Assembly: GCA_030390025.1 (NCBI GenBank)
Contig: JASTWF010000048.1
Coordinates: 1,798,001 to 1,862,000, forward strand
DNA length: 64,000 bases
Direction: 5' to 3'
Source of the DNA: Squalus acanthias
Lineage: Eukaryota
Shown here: positions 11,768 to 25,032 of the stretch, in pieces
Layout of the letters: the number at the start of each line of letters is the position of its first letter
Numbering within the stretch: position 1 is the stretch's first letter
Program-made: the position numbers and the translations under genes
Notes under the pieces: generated by a model
Told to the model about the DNA's origin: nothing
Database searches by the model: none
The model's input: only the letters and a program-made list of their open reading frames with translations

Positions 11768-14031
11768 GATTTATTCATTCGATGCTGGCTCGCTGTGTGA
11801 ATGAGTGCAGCTTAATACCACCTCTGAAGGCCGTTTCTCTGTTGTATCTGTTTAAATAAGGAGCATCCGGTTATCATTGTTATATGCACGTCATTTCCTG
11901 AGAAACCCACCCACCATCCCATTACTTCGGCAGCTTAGCAACTTCACAGAATGATACAGCACAGACGATAATTTAAGTTTTAATAGAGGTGTTCAAATTT
12001 CTGAGTGGTTTTGATACATTTGCCAAGGAGAAATGGATTCCTCTGCGGGCAGGTTCAGTAAACAGAGAGGACAGATTTAAGGTAATTGGCAAAATATCCA
12101 ACTGGTAGATGAGGAGACAGCTTTTCATGCAGCTAGATGTTATGATCAGGAATGCACTTCCTGAAAGTGTGCTGGAAGCAGATTCATTGGTAACTTTCAC
12201 AAGGGAATTGGACATAAACTTTAAGAGGATAAAACCAGGGCTGTGGGGAATAAGCATGGGTGTTGGAATAATTGTATAGGAGAGGCCAAAACAAAGGGCC
12301 ATTAGTGTAAGATAGACATTAATAAGTCCAATAGGGAATTCAGGAGAAATGTCTTTACCCAGAGTGGTGAGAATGTGGAATTCGCTACCACAGGGAGTGG
12401 TTGAGGGAAATAACACAGATGCATTTAAGGGGAAGATCGATAAACACATGAGGGTAAAGGAATAGAAGGATTTGTTGACAGGGTGAGAGGAAGAAGGGTG
12501 GGAGGAGACTCGTGGGAGGCTAATTGAATCGCTCTTTCAAAGAGCCGGCACGGACTGGACTGACCGAGTGGTCTCCTTCTCTGCTGTAAGATTCTATCAT
12601 TCTGTAAAACACGCATCATTGTTGGTTCAAAGTTTTCTCTTGTTTCAGGCAGTGCAGATTTCAGTTCCCATGTGCTCAACGAAAATTAGAGGGTTAAATT
12701 CTTCGCTGGGCTGAACTTCTTGTTTCTTTGTAAAAACACTTCAAAAGGCACCTAGAGTCTGATACAGAAGTGGGTAAACGGTTTTCAACAGAGTATGTAA
12801 CCGCCGTCAGGAGGCAGGTGTCTCAGTGAAAAACATATCCGGGGAGGCATCTCGCCTTTGCACAGTGTGAAAAATTCGTGACACGTTTAAGGTTTCTAAG
12901 ATGAATTACATCCTTTGTGTACTGGGCTGTTCGCCTTTGTGAATGTTAAGAGGCGATTTACCAGAATGGTACCAGTGATGAGGGGCGTCAGTTATGGGAG
13001 ACTAGGAAAGCTGGGATTGCTCTCCTTAAAGCAGAGAATGTTAATGGGAGATGTAATCGAGCTTTATTTTTCATTCATGGGATGTGGGCGTCGTTGGCAA
13101 GGCGGGCATTTATTGACCATCTCTAATTGCCTTTAGGAAAGGTTGTGGTGAGCTGACTTCTTGATCCGCAAGAGGGCAGTTAATTGAAACAGATGGGTTT
13201 CAACAACAATCCACTAGCTTTTTAATTCCAGATTTGTTTACGAAACTGAATTGAAATTCCCCAGTTGCCGTGGTGGGATTTGAACTCAAGTCTCGGCATC
13301 TTTTGTACAGACTTACTGCATTACTCATTCAGCAGCATACCCACTATGCTACCATTCCCCTTGTTCAAGATAATAAAGGGTTTTGATCGAGTAAATGATA
13401 AGAAATTGCTTCCACTGGCAGGGGGTCGGTAACCAGAGGACACAGATATAAGGTAATTGGTAAAAGAACGATAGGAATACATAGAACATACTGCACAGAA
13501 AGAGGCCATTCGGCCCAACCTCTCCATGCAGAGGTTACATGCGGTGACATTTTTTTACACAGCAGTTTATTATGATCTCAAATGCTCATCCTGAAAGGGT
13601 AGTGAAAGCAGATTGAATGCTAACTTTCCAAAGGGAATTGGATACATATTTCCTGGGTGAAATTTTGCAGGTCTATAGGGGATAGAGCAGGGGAATGGGA
13701 CAAATTGGATAGCTTTTCCACAGAGCTGGCAGAGGCACGATGGATCGAAAGGCCTCCTTCTGTGAAGTATCATTCCATGATGCTGTGATAAGGAGCGCGT
13801 CTCTCGTCACTATTGGAATAGCGGAAATAACAGGAATAATTCACTGGCATATCGGAAGTTACGGGTATCGCCTGCATATATTCCGCCATCCAAACTTTCA
13901 CCACTGACGTTAACCCATTTACCCCACCGCATAACCTGTTGATTAAAATGTGGATAATTTGCTAACAAAGGACATTAGTTACATTGATATAGCATTTTAT
14001 AATGAATTAATAACAAGTTGTAATCATTCAA

Positions 14032-14306
14032 NNNNNNNNNNNNNNNNNNNNNNNNNNNNNNNNNNNNNNNNNNNNNNNNNNNNNNNNNNNNNNNNNNNNN
14101 NNNNNNNNNNNNNNNNNNNNNNNNNNNNNNNNNNNNNNNNNNNNNNNNNNNNNNNNNNNNNNNNNNNNNNNNNNNNNNNNNNNNNNNNNNNNNNNNNNNN
14201 NNNNNNNNNNNNNNNNNNNNNNNNNNNNNNNNNNNNNNNNNNNNNNNNNNNNNNNNNNNNNNNNNNNNNNNNNNNNNNNNNNNNNNNNNNNNNNNNNNNN
14301 NNNNNN
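14032..14306. other. Assembly gap (275 N)
   Basis: N run. Confidence 1.
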
Positions 14307-14454
14307 CCAATTTCCTGATTTGAAATCTTTAGTTGTGTGTTAATCTGTTCATTTGCTGCCGATGACCCGCTGTATTTTCCAGCTCTGTCTCACACAGGAA
14401 ACGCCACCTGAGAAAGGTTTTTGCAGCGAGTCGCGCCGTGTTCTTACCGCTGTG

Positions 14455-14752
14455 GTACTATCGCTAACGCAGTAATACACAGCCGTGTCACTGGGCTGCT
14501 GTTCGGTCAAGTTGAGGTGGTAGGAATTGTCCATTCCCCTGACTGCAGACACTCGCCCTTTGAACCCTTCGGATATCTCGGGTGTGTTCGTCCGATACGC
14601 GTAAATCAGGAGCTCCCAGACTAGGTTTGGAGTCTGTCGATAGCAGTAGGTTCTGGGATGGTCTTTGTGTACAAAACATGTCCCCATCATAGAGCCCGAT
14701 TGGAAACCGGTGAGGAATTTGGGCCTTTGGATACCCGTTTCGGACTGAGCTC
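14455..14752 (-). pseudogene. V5: TCR V exon, open but conserved Trp replaced by Cys; no leader seen
   Basis: AQSETGIQRPKF..GTCF..RTYCYRQ..DTAVYYCVSDST. RSS CACAGCG (14448-14454)-23-GCAAAAACC (14416-14424). Confidence 0.75.
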
Positions 14753-15131
14753 CTGTAAAAGACACCTGTGTTAATGGACATAACCTCATTTTACAACCAC
14801 TTGATAGATAGCGGGCGAATGACGAATAGTTAGCGGAAGTGATAGGGTGCGACGAGGAAGAGAGAAGAAGATGGATAGAGAGAGGGAGCGAGGGAGAACG
14901 AAGAAGATGGATAGAGAGAGGGAGCGAGGGAGAACGAAGAAGAGGGATAGAGAGCGGGAGCGAGGGTGAGAGAAGGAGACGGAGCGAGAGAGAGGGAGAG
15001 GGTGAGAGACAGGAGAGAGGCAGAGAGAGGGGAAGCGATGGCGAGAGCGACGCAGATATAGAGATTAAGACAGGGAAAGAGAGAGACTTAGAGATAGAGA
15101 GGACAGAGGGAAAGACGGAGGGAGAGCTTCC

Positions 15132-15333
15132 NNNNNNNNNNNNNNNNNNNNNNNNNNNNNNNNNNNNNNNNNNNNNNNNNNNNNNNNNNNNNNNNNNNNN
15201 NNNNNNNNNNNNNNNNNNNNNNNNNNNNNNNNNNNNNNNNNNNNNNNNNNNNNNNNNNNNNNNNNNNNNNNNNNNNNNNNNNNNNNNNNNNNNNNNNNNN
15301 NNNNNNNNNNNNNNNNNNNNNNNNNNNNNNNNN
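15132..15333. other. Assembly gap (202 N)
   Basis: N run. Confidence 1.
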
Positions 15334-15639
15334 ATAAAATCACTCACTGGTTTAAACAATACAGGAATAACCCTGTTCTCTATATGTCCATCCCGACTGT
15401 ATTTAACACAATTTGTCTTCTTTATTTGTCACTGATCAGATACAGTCTATTTATTCCCACAACGCTGTTCTCTCATTAACTTTCTTTTTTTCTCTCTTTT
15501 CTTCATTTTTTTTTCTTTCCTTCTTTCTTTCACCTTTTCCTTCTTTCTTTCTTTCTGTAATTATTGAACAATTGTTTTGTAGGATTTTAATACATGCCTG
15601 CGCCAGACCTGAGGCCTCTATGGGAAACCGGCCTCAGAA

Positions 15640-16940
15640 AGAGATATTCAAGGCAAAAGTGGATGGTAATGGGACAGGTTAAGAAACAAAGGATGGCTCT
15701 AGATGACGTGTAAATGGCACTGGCAGAAAGAAAAACAGCTGCCATGTGGGAGAGAAGAACAGAACAAAAGTGTGGATAAAAAATATATATATGTGTAGGG
15801 GCTGGGGTTATGATCTGAAATTGTTGAACTCTATGTTGAGTTCAGAAGGCTAAAAAGTGCCTTATCGAAAGATGAGGTGCTGTTCCTCGAGCTTACTCTG
15901 AGCTTCCGTGGAACAATGCAAGAGGACAAGGACGGTGAGGTCTGAGTGGGAGTGGAGCGGTGAATTAAAGTGACAGCGACTAGAAGCTCGGGGTCTCCCT
16001 TACGTACAGAACGGAGGTGTTCCCCAAAGCCGTCACCCAATCTGCGTTAGGTCTCCCCAGTGTAGAGGAGACCACATCGTAGGCAACGAATACAGTATAC
16101 TAAATTGCAAGAAGTACAAGTAAATCGCTGTTTCACCTGGAAGGTGTGTTTGGGGCCCTGGACAGTGGGAAGTGGGGAGGTATAAGTGCATGTTTTGCAT
16201 CTCCTGCGCTTGCAAGGGAAGGTGCGGGACGAAGGGGAACGGGTGTTTGGGGCGAAAGAGGAGTGGGCTAGGGTGTCGCGGAGGGAGCGGTCCCTATGGA
16301 ATGCTGAAAGGGGAGGTGAAGGGAAGATGCGTTTGGTGGTGGGATCACGCTGGAGGTGACGGAAATGGCGGAGGATGATCCATTGAAAGTGGAGGCTGGT
16401 GGTGTGAAAGGTGAGGACAAAGGGAACTCTATCATGGTTCCGGGACGATGGGGCAGTGGTGAGGGCAGAAGTGCGGGAGATAGAAGGTACACGGTTAAGG
16501 GCCGTGTCAAACAGTGTAGAGGGGAATCCACGGTTGAGGAAAAAGGAAGACATGTCGGAAGCGCTGGTATGGAAGGTGGCATCGTCAGTGCAGATGCGGT
16601 GGAGACGAAGAAACTGGGAGAATGGAATAGAGTCCTGACAGGAGTCGGGGTGGGAGGGATTATAGTCCAGGTAGCTGTGGGAGTCAGTGGGCTTGTAGTA
16701 AATGTTTGTCAATAACCTATCCCCAGAGATGGAGATGGAGAGGTCGAGGAAGGGAAGGGAAGAGTCGGAGATGGACCATGTGAAGGTGAGGGAAGTGTGG
16801 AAATTGGAAGCTAAGTGAATGAAATTATCTAGTTCAGGGCGAGAGCAGGAAATTACACCGATACAGTCATCAATGTACTGGAAAAAGAGGTGAGGGAGGG
16901 GACCTGAGTAGGACTGGAAAAAATAGTGTTCCACATATCT
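15640..16940 (-). mobile_element. Penelope-like retroelement fragment (RT plus GIY-YIG endonuclease)
   Basis: ORF 16047-16997: YIDDC, LPFLD, IYYKPTD, FTCTS.NLVYCI.C..C..LYTGET. Downstream frame has FGEHLRSV. Confidence 0.9.
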
Positions 16941-19387
16941 CACAGAGATACTGCGAGGACCAAGGAACAGACTTAAGATGACGTCATCTGTGGCCAAGCG
17001 GTTCCAAAGACCAAGGGCCGCGAGAAACTCGTTAAAACTATCGCCTAATGTTCAGTATTCATGACGCTGTAAGCTTAATAAATCTTGATCTATCGCTCAA
17101 ACATACTGGCTGCTGCCTATTGGTGTCATGTCCAAGAACTCAGTGATCGTTTAAGATCTTACAAGGAATTGGACATAAACTTGAAGAGGAAAAAAACGGG
17201 GCTGTGGGGAATGAGCAGGGGTGTGGGAATAATTGGATAGGAGAGGCCAAAACTAGGGACCATAAGTATAAGATCGATACTAATAAATCCAATAGGGATC
17301 TCAGGAGAAACCTCTTTACCCAGAGAGTGGTGAGAATGTGGAACTCGCTACCACAAGGCGTGGTTGAGGGAAGTAATATAGATGCGTTTAAGGGGAAGCG
17401 AGATAAACACATGAGGGAGAAAGGAATACAAGGATATGTTGACAGGGTGAGATGAAGGAGGTTGGGAGATGTCTCGTGGGGGACTAATTGGATCGCTCTT
17501 TCAAAAAGCCGGCACGGACTGGACTGACTGAGTAGCCTCCCTCTGTGCTGTACGATTCCATGATTCTGTAAAACGCGGATCATTTTTGGGTCAAGGTTCA
17601 GCTTTCAGTTCCCATCTGCACAACGAGAATTAAAGGGTTAAGTTCTTCGCTGAGCTGAACTTCAAGTTTCTTTGAAAAAAACACTTCAAAAGGCGCCAAG
17701 ATGCTGACAGAGAAGTGGGTAAACGGTTTTCAACAGATGTTGTACCCGCCGTCAGGGGGCAGGTGTCTCAGTGAAAAACATATCTGGGGAGGCATCTCGC
17801 CTTTGTACAGCATGAAACATTCGTGACACGTTTAAGGGTTCGAAGATGAATTACATCCTATGTGTATGGGGCTGTTCGCCTCAGTGAAGGCTGAGAGGAG
17901 ATTTACCAGAATGGTACCAGGGATGAGGGACGTCAGTTATGAGAGACTAGGGAAGCTGGGATTGTTCTCCTTAAAGCAGAGAAGGTGATTGGAGATAATA
18001 TTGAGATTTGTTTTTAATTTATGGGATGTTGCCGTCGCCGGCAAGGTCGGTATTTATTGCTCATCCATAATTGACATTGAGAAGGTGGTGGCGAGAAGCA
18101 TTCTTGAACCGCAAGAGGGCAGGTAAGTGAACCAGATGTTTTTTTTCGACAGTCCGGTAGTTTCATGGTCATTATCACTGACTCTAGCTTATTAATTCTA
18201 GATTTACTCAATTAACTGGAATTAACTTCCCCAGCTGCCGTGGTGGGATTTGAATTCATGCGTCTGCAACATTCTCTATCCCTCGCTCCCTCTCTCGATC
18301 CCTCTTCTTCTCTTTTCCTCGCTCCCAATCTATCCCGCTATTTATCCTTCACGCTCCCGCTATCTGGTAAGCAGATGTAAAATGACTAGTAATCTCTGAC
18401 AACTCCTCAAACCCTCTGATTGCCAGCGCCACCCCTCACTCTCTGATTCCGAGCCCTGCCGCGCCGTCTCTGATTGACAGGTCCGCCCCGCCCCTCTCTG
18501 ATTGACAGCTTCAGCCGACCTATCTGATTGAAAGCTCCACCCTCGCTCTCTGATTGACAGCCCAGCAACGCGCTCTCTGATTCGCAGCCCTGACTCTCTC
18601 TCGCTGTTTGACAGTCCCACCCATCCCTCTCTGGTTGGCAGTGAGTAGCGCAGACGAGGACAGGAAGTTGCAAAGGGGACAGAGAGAGATTAATTGAGTG
18701 AGCAAAACAGTGACAGATGGATTCATAGTGGGAAAGAGTGTCGTCATCCACCTGGGACCGAATAAGGATAAATCAGATTATTTCTATACGGAGAGGAACT
18801 TGAAACGGAGGTATTTTAGCAATTTCATAGACTGATGAGGGACGTCAGTTATCAGAGATTAGGGAAGTTGGGATTGTTGCCCGTAAAGCAGAGAATGTTA
18901 ATCGGACATTTTCTCCTTTTACATCTGCTTACCAGATATCGGGAGCGTGAAGGATAAATAGCGGGAGGGATTGGGAGCGAGGAAAATAGAAGAAGAGGGA
19001 TCGAGAGAGAGAGTGAGGGATAGAGAGAAGAAGAGGGATAGTGAGAGGGAGCTAGGGAGAGAGAGAAGAAGAGGGATAGAGAGGGAGCGAGGGAGAGAGA
19101 GAAGAAGAGGGATAGAGAGAGGGAGAGAGGGAGAAGAGGGATAGAGAGGGATCGAGGGAGAGAGAAGAAGAGGATAGAAAGAGGGAGCGACAGAGAGAGA
19201 AGGAGACGGAGTGACAGAGAGGAAAGGCGTTGAGGGTGAGAGGCGGATGAGAGGCAGAGAGATAGGGAGAGATGTGACGCGAAAACGAGAGCAGGCAGGT
19301 TTAGAGAGTGACCGGGAAAGAGACCGACTGAGAGATAGAGTTGACGAAGGGAGAGACGGAGTGAGAGATTTACAACGATTTATGCAT

Positions 19388-19388
19388 G

Positions 19389-19452
<64 letters not shown>
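19388..19452. repeat. (TATC)n microsatellite
   Basis: Direct observation. Related (GATA)n tracts at ~24390-24475 and ~30990-31060. Confidence 0.95.
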
Positions 19453-19456
<4 letters not shown>

Positions 19457-19540
19457 GATCTTTCAGTAGAACTAGTTGGGGGTTGGTGTCTGAGACGGGT
19501 TGGTTTTTGTCGCACGGTTCAGTCTGAGTGTGTCTTTGTG

Positions 19541-20863
19541 CATCACTGCAGGCGCAGAAATACCTCGCCGTGTCGTTCGGCCGCACCATCGATATCTTCA
19601 GATCGAAGGAGTTATCTGCAGTTTTCTTGGCCCAAAATCGATCCGAGATCCCGTCGGACCTGCTCGGGTCACTTCTCTCCAACGCCGGCAGGATGTGCTG
19701 GAGTCCCAGGCCCGGGAGCTGACGGTACCAATACATGTAAGAATCAGTGCCGCGTTGGGTACACGGGATAGTCACAGAGTCGCCCTCTCTCACCGTCACA
19801 AACTCCCGGGACTGCAATATCTTCTGAGACTCGCCAACACCTCGAAGCAAAACAGGAATGAACAGCAAAGAGAGACAGTTATTTCCCCAGAAATAAGACA
19901 CACTAACCTGGTTATTTATTTACTGTCCCGTGACTGCTATTCCTCTGTCTCTCACTCGCTTACTTTTGATTTAAATCGATTTATTTTCTGTATTTTTCAC
20001 CTATATCTAATTGAACTGATTAAAGGAGTGGACAGGGCAGAGAGAGAGAAATAATTTCCTCTGGTGGGGGGAGACCAGAACAAGGGGAGAATAACCTTAC
20101 AGATAGAGATAGGCCGGTTAGGGGTGATGCGATGCAGCACTTCTTCACACAAAGGGTAGTGGAAATCAGCAACTCTCTCCCCAAAGAGCTGTTGAGGCTG
20201 GGGGTCAACTGAAAATTTCAAAACAGAGCTTGAAAGATTTTTGTTCGGTAAGGTTATTAAAGGTTACGGAACCAAGGCGGGTAACTTGAATTAAGAAACA
20301 GATCAGCCGTGATCCAATTGAATGGCTCGAGGGCCTGAATGGCCTCCTCCTGTTCCTATGTTCCTTAACATACACTTTTATCTATTCGACCGCGCGCCAT
20401 TCTGCTTTTCGTCGATTTGTCAAAACCAGATTAATATTCTAAACCTGCAGGCTCTTGTAGTTATTTGGGAGCCCGTTGTTTTAGCGGAGCTCTCTTTGTA
20501 AAAGGGGCAATTGTCAGGGATTGACGTGGAAAAATTACTCACTGGTTTAAACAATACAGGAATAACCCTGTTCTCTATATGTCCATCCCGACTGTATTTA
20601 ACACAATTTGACTTCATTATTTGTCACTGATCAGATACAGTCTATTTATTGCCACAACGCAGTTCTCTCATTAACTTTCTGTCTTTCTAGCTTTCTTTCT
20701 TGTATTCCTTCTTTCTTTCCCTAATTATTGAACTCTTGATTGCTAGGATTTTAAAACATTCCTGCACCAGACCCAAAGGCCTCCTATGGGACACCGGCCT
20801 CTCGCTTTACTTACCCGCCAATAGGAATAGCGGCAAAGTGCAGGACAGGAGGCAAGTCCGCAT
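19541..20863 (-). CDS. TRBV: V6: TRBV segment (leader 20815-20863, V exon 19541-19840)
   Basis: Leader MRTCLLSCTLPLFLLA; V ..VTIPCTQRGTDSYMYWYRQLPG..DTARYFCACSD. RSS CACAAAG (19534-19540)-23-ACAAAAACC (19502-19510). The acceptor is an atypical GAG. Confidence 0.85.
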
Positions 20864-21014
20864 GGTCCGTGACTGAGGGTCTGAGAGCGGGACTCTCACG
20901 GCCAATAAGCAGCCCAGAAACCAGAGCTATGAGACTGTTGTTTGCAAGGCGTGACTGCCCCGTGAAAGTGCCTCAATCTCTATCATTCATAAGAAAAAAC
21001 TGAATATACAATAC

Positions 21015-22140
21015 CCCGCCCATCACTGTCTGATTGACAGCCCTGCCCCGCCCTCTCTGATTGACAGCCCTGCCCCGCCCTCTCTGATTGACAGCCCTGC
21101 CCCCGCCCTCTCCTACTGACAGCACCGCCCCTGCCCCCTCTGATTCCACAGGGACTGGTTTAAGCGAATAGCATGGATACATTTAAGGGGAGGCAAGGCA
21201 AGCATATGAGGGAAAAGGAAATAGAGGGTTATGCTGATAGATTTAGATGAGGAAAGACGGGAGGAGGCTCGTGTGGATTAAAAACGCCAGCATGGACTGG
21301 TTGGACCGAATGGCCTGTTTCTGTGCCGTATATCCTATGTAATCCTATGTAATAATTCACAGCTTTTCCACTCCCCTCTCTGATTTACAGCAGTGCACGA
21401 CACCACTCTGATTGACAGCTCAGCGCCTCCCCTCCCTGAGTGACATCACCACCCCTCCCTTCTCTGAAAACTCGTCACCTACTCTGATTGATAGCGCCAC
21501 GCCTCAATCTCTGATAGCGAATCCTGCCTCGCCCTCTCTGATTGACTGTTCCGCCCTGCCAGTCTCTGAATGACAGCTCCGCCCCTCTCTCTGATTGACA
21601 ACCCTGCCGCGCCCTCTATGATTTACAGCTCCGCCCCTCCACTCTCTGATTGACAACTCCGCCCCTCCCCTCTCTGATTGTCAGCTTCGCCGCGCCCTCT
21701 CTGCTTGAAAGCTCCGCCCCTCCCATCTCTGAATGACAGCTCTGCAACGCGCTCTCTGATTCGCAGCCCTGACTCTCTCTCCCTTGTTGACAGACCCACC
21801 CATCTCTCTCTGATTGGCAGTGAGCAGATCAGACTTAGGTCGTTGAGGCCAAGTGATTAAATATATTCACGAATGAGTTAGAAATATTTTTTAAAGCTAA
21901 AGGGATCAAGGGATATGGGGAGAAAGCAGGGACAGGGTACTGAGTGTGGATGATCAGCCATGATCTCATCGAATGGCAGAGCAGGCTCGAGGGGCCAAAT
22001 GGCATCCTCCTGCTCCTATCTTCTGTGTTTCTATGTTTCCTCCCTGTTTGACAGTACGACCCATCTCTCTGATTCGCAGCCCTGACTCTCTCTCCCTGGT
22101 TCACAGTCCCACCCATCTCTCTCTGATTGGCAGTGAGCAG
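21015..22140. repeat. CTCTGATTGACAG/CCGCCC satellite interrupted by CR1 fragments; related block at 18390-18650
   Basis: Recurrent TGATTGACAG and GC-box units. Confidence 0.8.
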
Positions 22141-24475
22141 TGCAGACTGGGACAGTCTGCTTCAAAGGGGACAGAGAGAGATTAAGTGAGTGAGCAAAAC
22201 AGTGACAGTGGGATTCATTGTGTGCAAGTGTGACGTCATCCACTTGGAATCGAAGAAGGATATATCAGAGTATTTCTATCTGGTGAGAAGTAGTTTAGCA
22301 ATTTCATAAAATTATACATCACAGACGATATGGGGAGAGTTAATAGAGTTGTTAAAATTTCAGAGCGGTTGTGATAGAATAGACAAGGAGTAATTGATTC
22401 CTCTGCCAGCAGGGCCGGTGACCAAAAGGCACAGAATTAAAGTAATTGGCAAACTATCCAACAGGTAGATGAGGAGACAGTTTTTCATGCAGCAAGATTT
22501 TATGATCGGGAATGCAGTTCCTGAAATTGTGCTGGAGACAGATTCATTGGTAAATTTCACAAGGGAATTGGACATAAACTAGAAGAGGATAAAAAGAAGG
22601 GCTGTGGGGAATGAACAGGGCTGTGGGAATAATTGGATAGCAGAGTCCAAAACTAGTGGCCATAAGTATAAGATAGACACTTAGAAGTCCAATAGCGAAT
22701 TCAGGAGAAACCACTTTACCCAGAGAGTGGTGAGAATATGGAACTCGCTACCACAAGGCGTGGTTTAGGGAAATAACATAGATGCATTTAAGGGGAAGCT
22801 AGATAAATACACGAGGTAGAAAGGAACAGAAGGATATGTTGTCAGGGTAAGATTAAGGTTGGTGGGAGGAGACCCGTGTGGGACTATTTGGATCGCTCTT
22901 TCAAAGAGCTGGCACGGACTGGACTGACCGAGTGGCCTCCTTCTGTGCTTTAGGATTCTATGATTCTGTAAAACACGGATCATTGTTGGGTCAAAGTTCA
23001 CTCTTGTTTCAGGCAGTGCATCTTTCAGTTCCAATGTGCTCAACGAGAATTAAAGGGTTAAATTCTTTGCTGGGCTGACCTTCTAGTTTCTTTGAAAAAA
23101 CACATCAAAAGGCTCCTAGATAGAAGAGGATAAACGGTTTTCAACGGATTTTGTACCCGCCGTCAAGAAGCAGATGTCTCAGTGAAAAGCATGTCTGGGG
23201 AGGCATCTCGCTTTTGCACAGTGTGAAACATTCGAGACATATTTAAGGGTTCTAAGATGAATTATCTCCTCTGTGTATGGGGTTGTTCGGCTTCGTGATG
23301 ATTTACCAGAATTGTACCAGGGACGTCAGTTCTGAGAGACAAGAGAAGCTGGTATTGCTATCCTGAAAGCAGAGATTATTAATGGGAGATGTAACAGAGA
23401 TTTTTTTGTTATTCATGGGATGTGGGCGTCGCTGGCAAGGCCGGCATTTATTACCCATCCCGAATTGCACTTGAGAATGGTGTTTGTGAGATGCATTCTT
23501 GATCCGCAAGTGGCAAGTTAATTGAACCAGATGGGTTTCATTATTGCCAATACTAGCTTTTTAATTCCAGATGCATTTAAATTTACTGAATTTAAATTCT
23601 CCAACTGCCGTGGTGAGATTTGAACTCATGTCTACACATTATTCGTCCAGAACTATTGGATTATGAACTCAGTAACATCACCAATATGCTTCCGTAGCCT
23701 TTATTCAAGATAGTAAAGGGTTTTGTTCAGGTAAACAAGGAGAAATTGCTCCACTCGCAGGAGAGTCTATATCCAGAGTACACAGATATAAGAAAGTTGG
23801 TACAAGAGCCAGTGCCGACATGCGGCGATTTATTTTACAAAACGGTTTGTTATGATCTCAAATGCTCATCCTGAAAGGGTGGTGGAAGCATACTCAATAG
23901 TAACTTTCGAAAGGGAATTGGATAAATATTTCATGTGGGACAATTTGCCAGTCTGTAGGGGATAGGGCAAGGGAATGGACCTAATTTGACAGCTTTTCAC
24001 AGTGCCGGCACAGGCGCGATGGGTCGAATGGACTCCTTCTGTGGAGTATCATTCCATGGTGCTGTGATAAGGAGCGCGTCTCCCGTCGCTATTGCAATAG
24101 GGGAAATAACAGGAATAATTCACTGATATATGGAAAGCTACGTGTATATACTGCACATACTCCACCATCCAATCTTTCACCACTGACGATAACCGATTTA
24201 CGGTACCGCATAATCTGCTGTTTGAATGCAGATAATTTGTTAAAAAAGGGAATTGGAAACATCGATATAGCATTTCATAATTAATTAATAATAATTTGTA
24301 ATTAGCCAAAGATAAACAGGTAAAAAGATGAACAGATAGAAAGACTGACAGACAGACTGATAGACAGAGAGATAGCCAGATGGATTAACAGTTAGATAGA
24401 TAGGTAGATAGATAGATAGATGGATAGATAGATAGATAGACAGATAGACAGATAGATAGATAGACAGATAGACTG

Positions 24476-25032
24476 TATCTAATCAGTGAGTGAGGGTCTT
24501 TACTGTGTATCTAATCAGTGTGTGAGGGTCTTAACTCTGTGTCTACTCAGTCAGTGAGGGTCGTTACGCTGTATCTAATCAGTGAGTGAGCGTCGTTACT
24601 CTGTATCTAATCAGTGTGTGAGGGTCTTTACTCTGTATCTAATTAGTCAGTGAGGGTCTTTACTGTGTATCTAATCAGTGAGTGAGGATCTTTACTCCGT
24701 ATCTAATCAGTGAGTGAGGGTCTATACTCTGTATCTAATCAGTGTGTGAGGGTCTTTACTCTGTATCTAATCAGTGAGTGAGGGTCTTTACTCCGTATCT
24801 AATCAGTGAGTGAGGGTCTTTACTCTGTATCTAATCAGTGAGTGAGTGTCTTTACTCTGTATCTAATCAGTCAGTGAGGGTCTTTACTGTGTATCTAATC
24901 AGTGAGTGAGGATCTTTACTCCGTATCTAATCAGAGAGTGAGGGTCTTTACTCTGTATCTAATCAGTGTGTGAGGGTCTTTACTTTGTATCTAATCAGTG
25001 AGTGAGGTTCTTTACCCTGTATCTAATCAGTG
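24476..25032. repeat. 32-bp minisatellite (~17 copies), preceded by (GATA)n
   Basis: Unit TCTTTACTCTGTATCTAATCAGTGAGTGAGGG. Confidence 0.95.

Noticed and set aside
19841-19901. Apparent fused leader MSYFWGNNCLSLLFIPVLLR on V6
   Set aside because: It starts at GTG and is the translated polypyrimidine tract; a proper leader exon lies at 20815-20863.
24476-25032. CRISPR-like regular repeats (also the 33- and 51-bp arrays)
   Set aside because: Head-to-tail tandem units with no unique spacers, no cas genes, and a vertebrate context.
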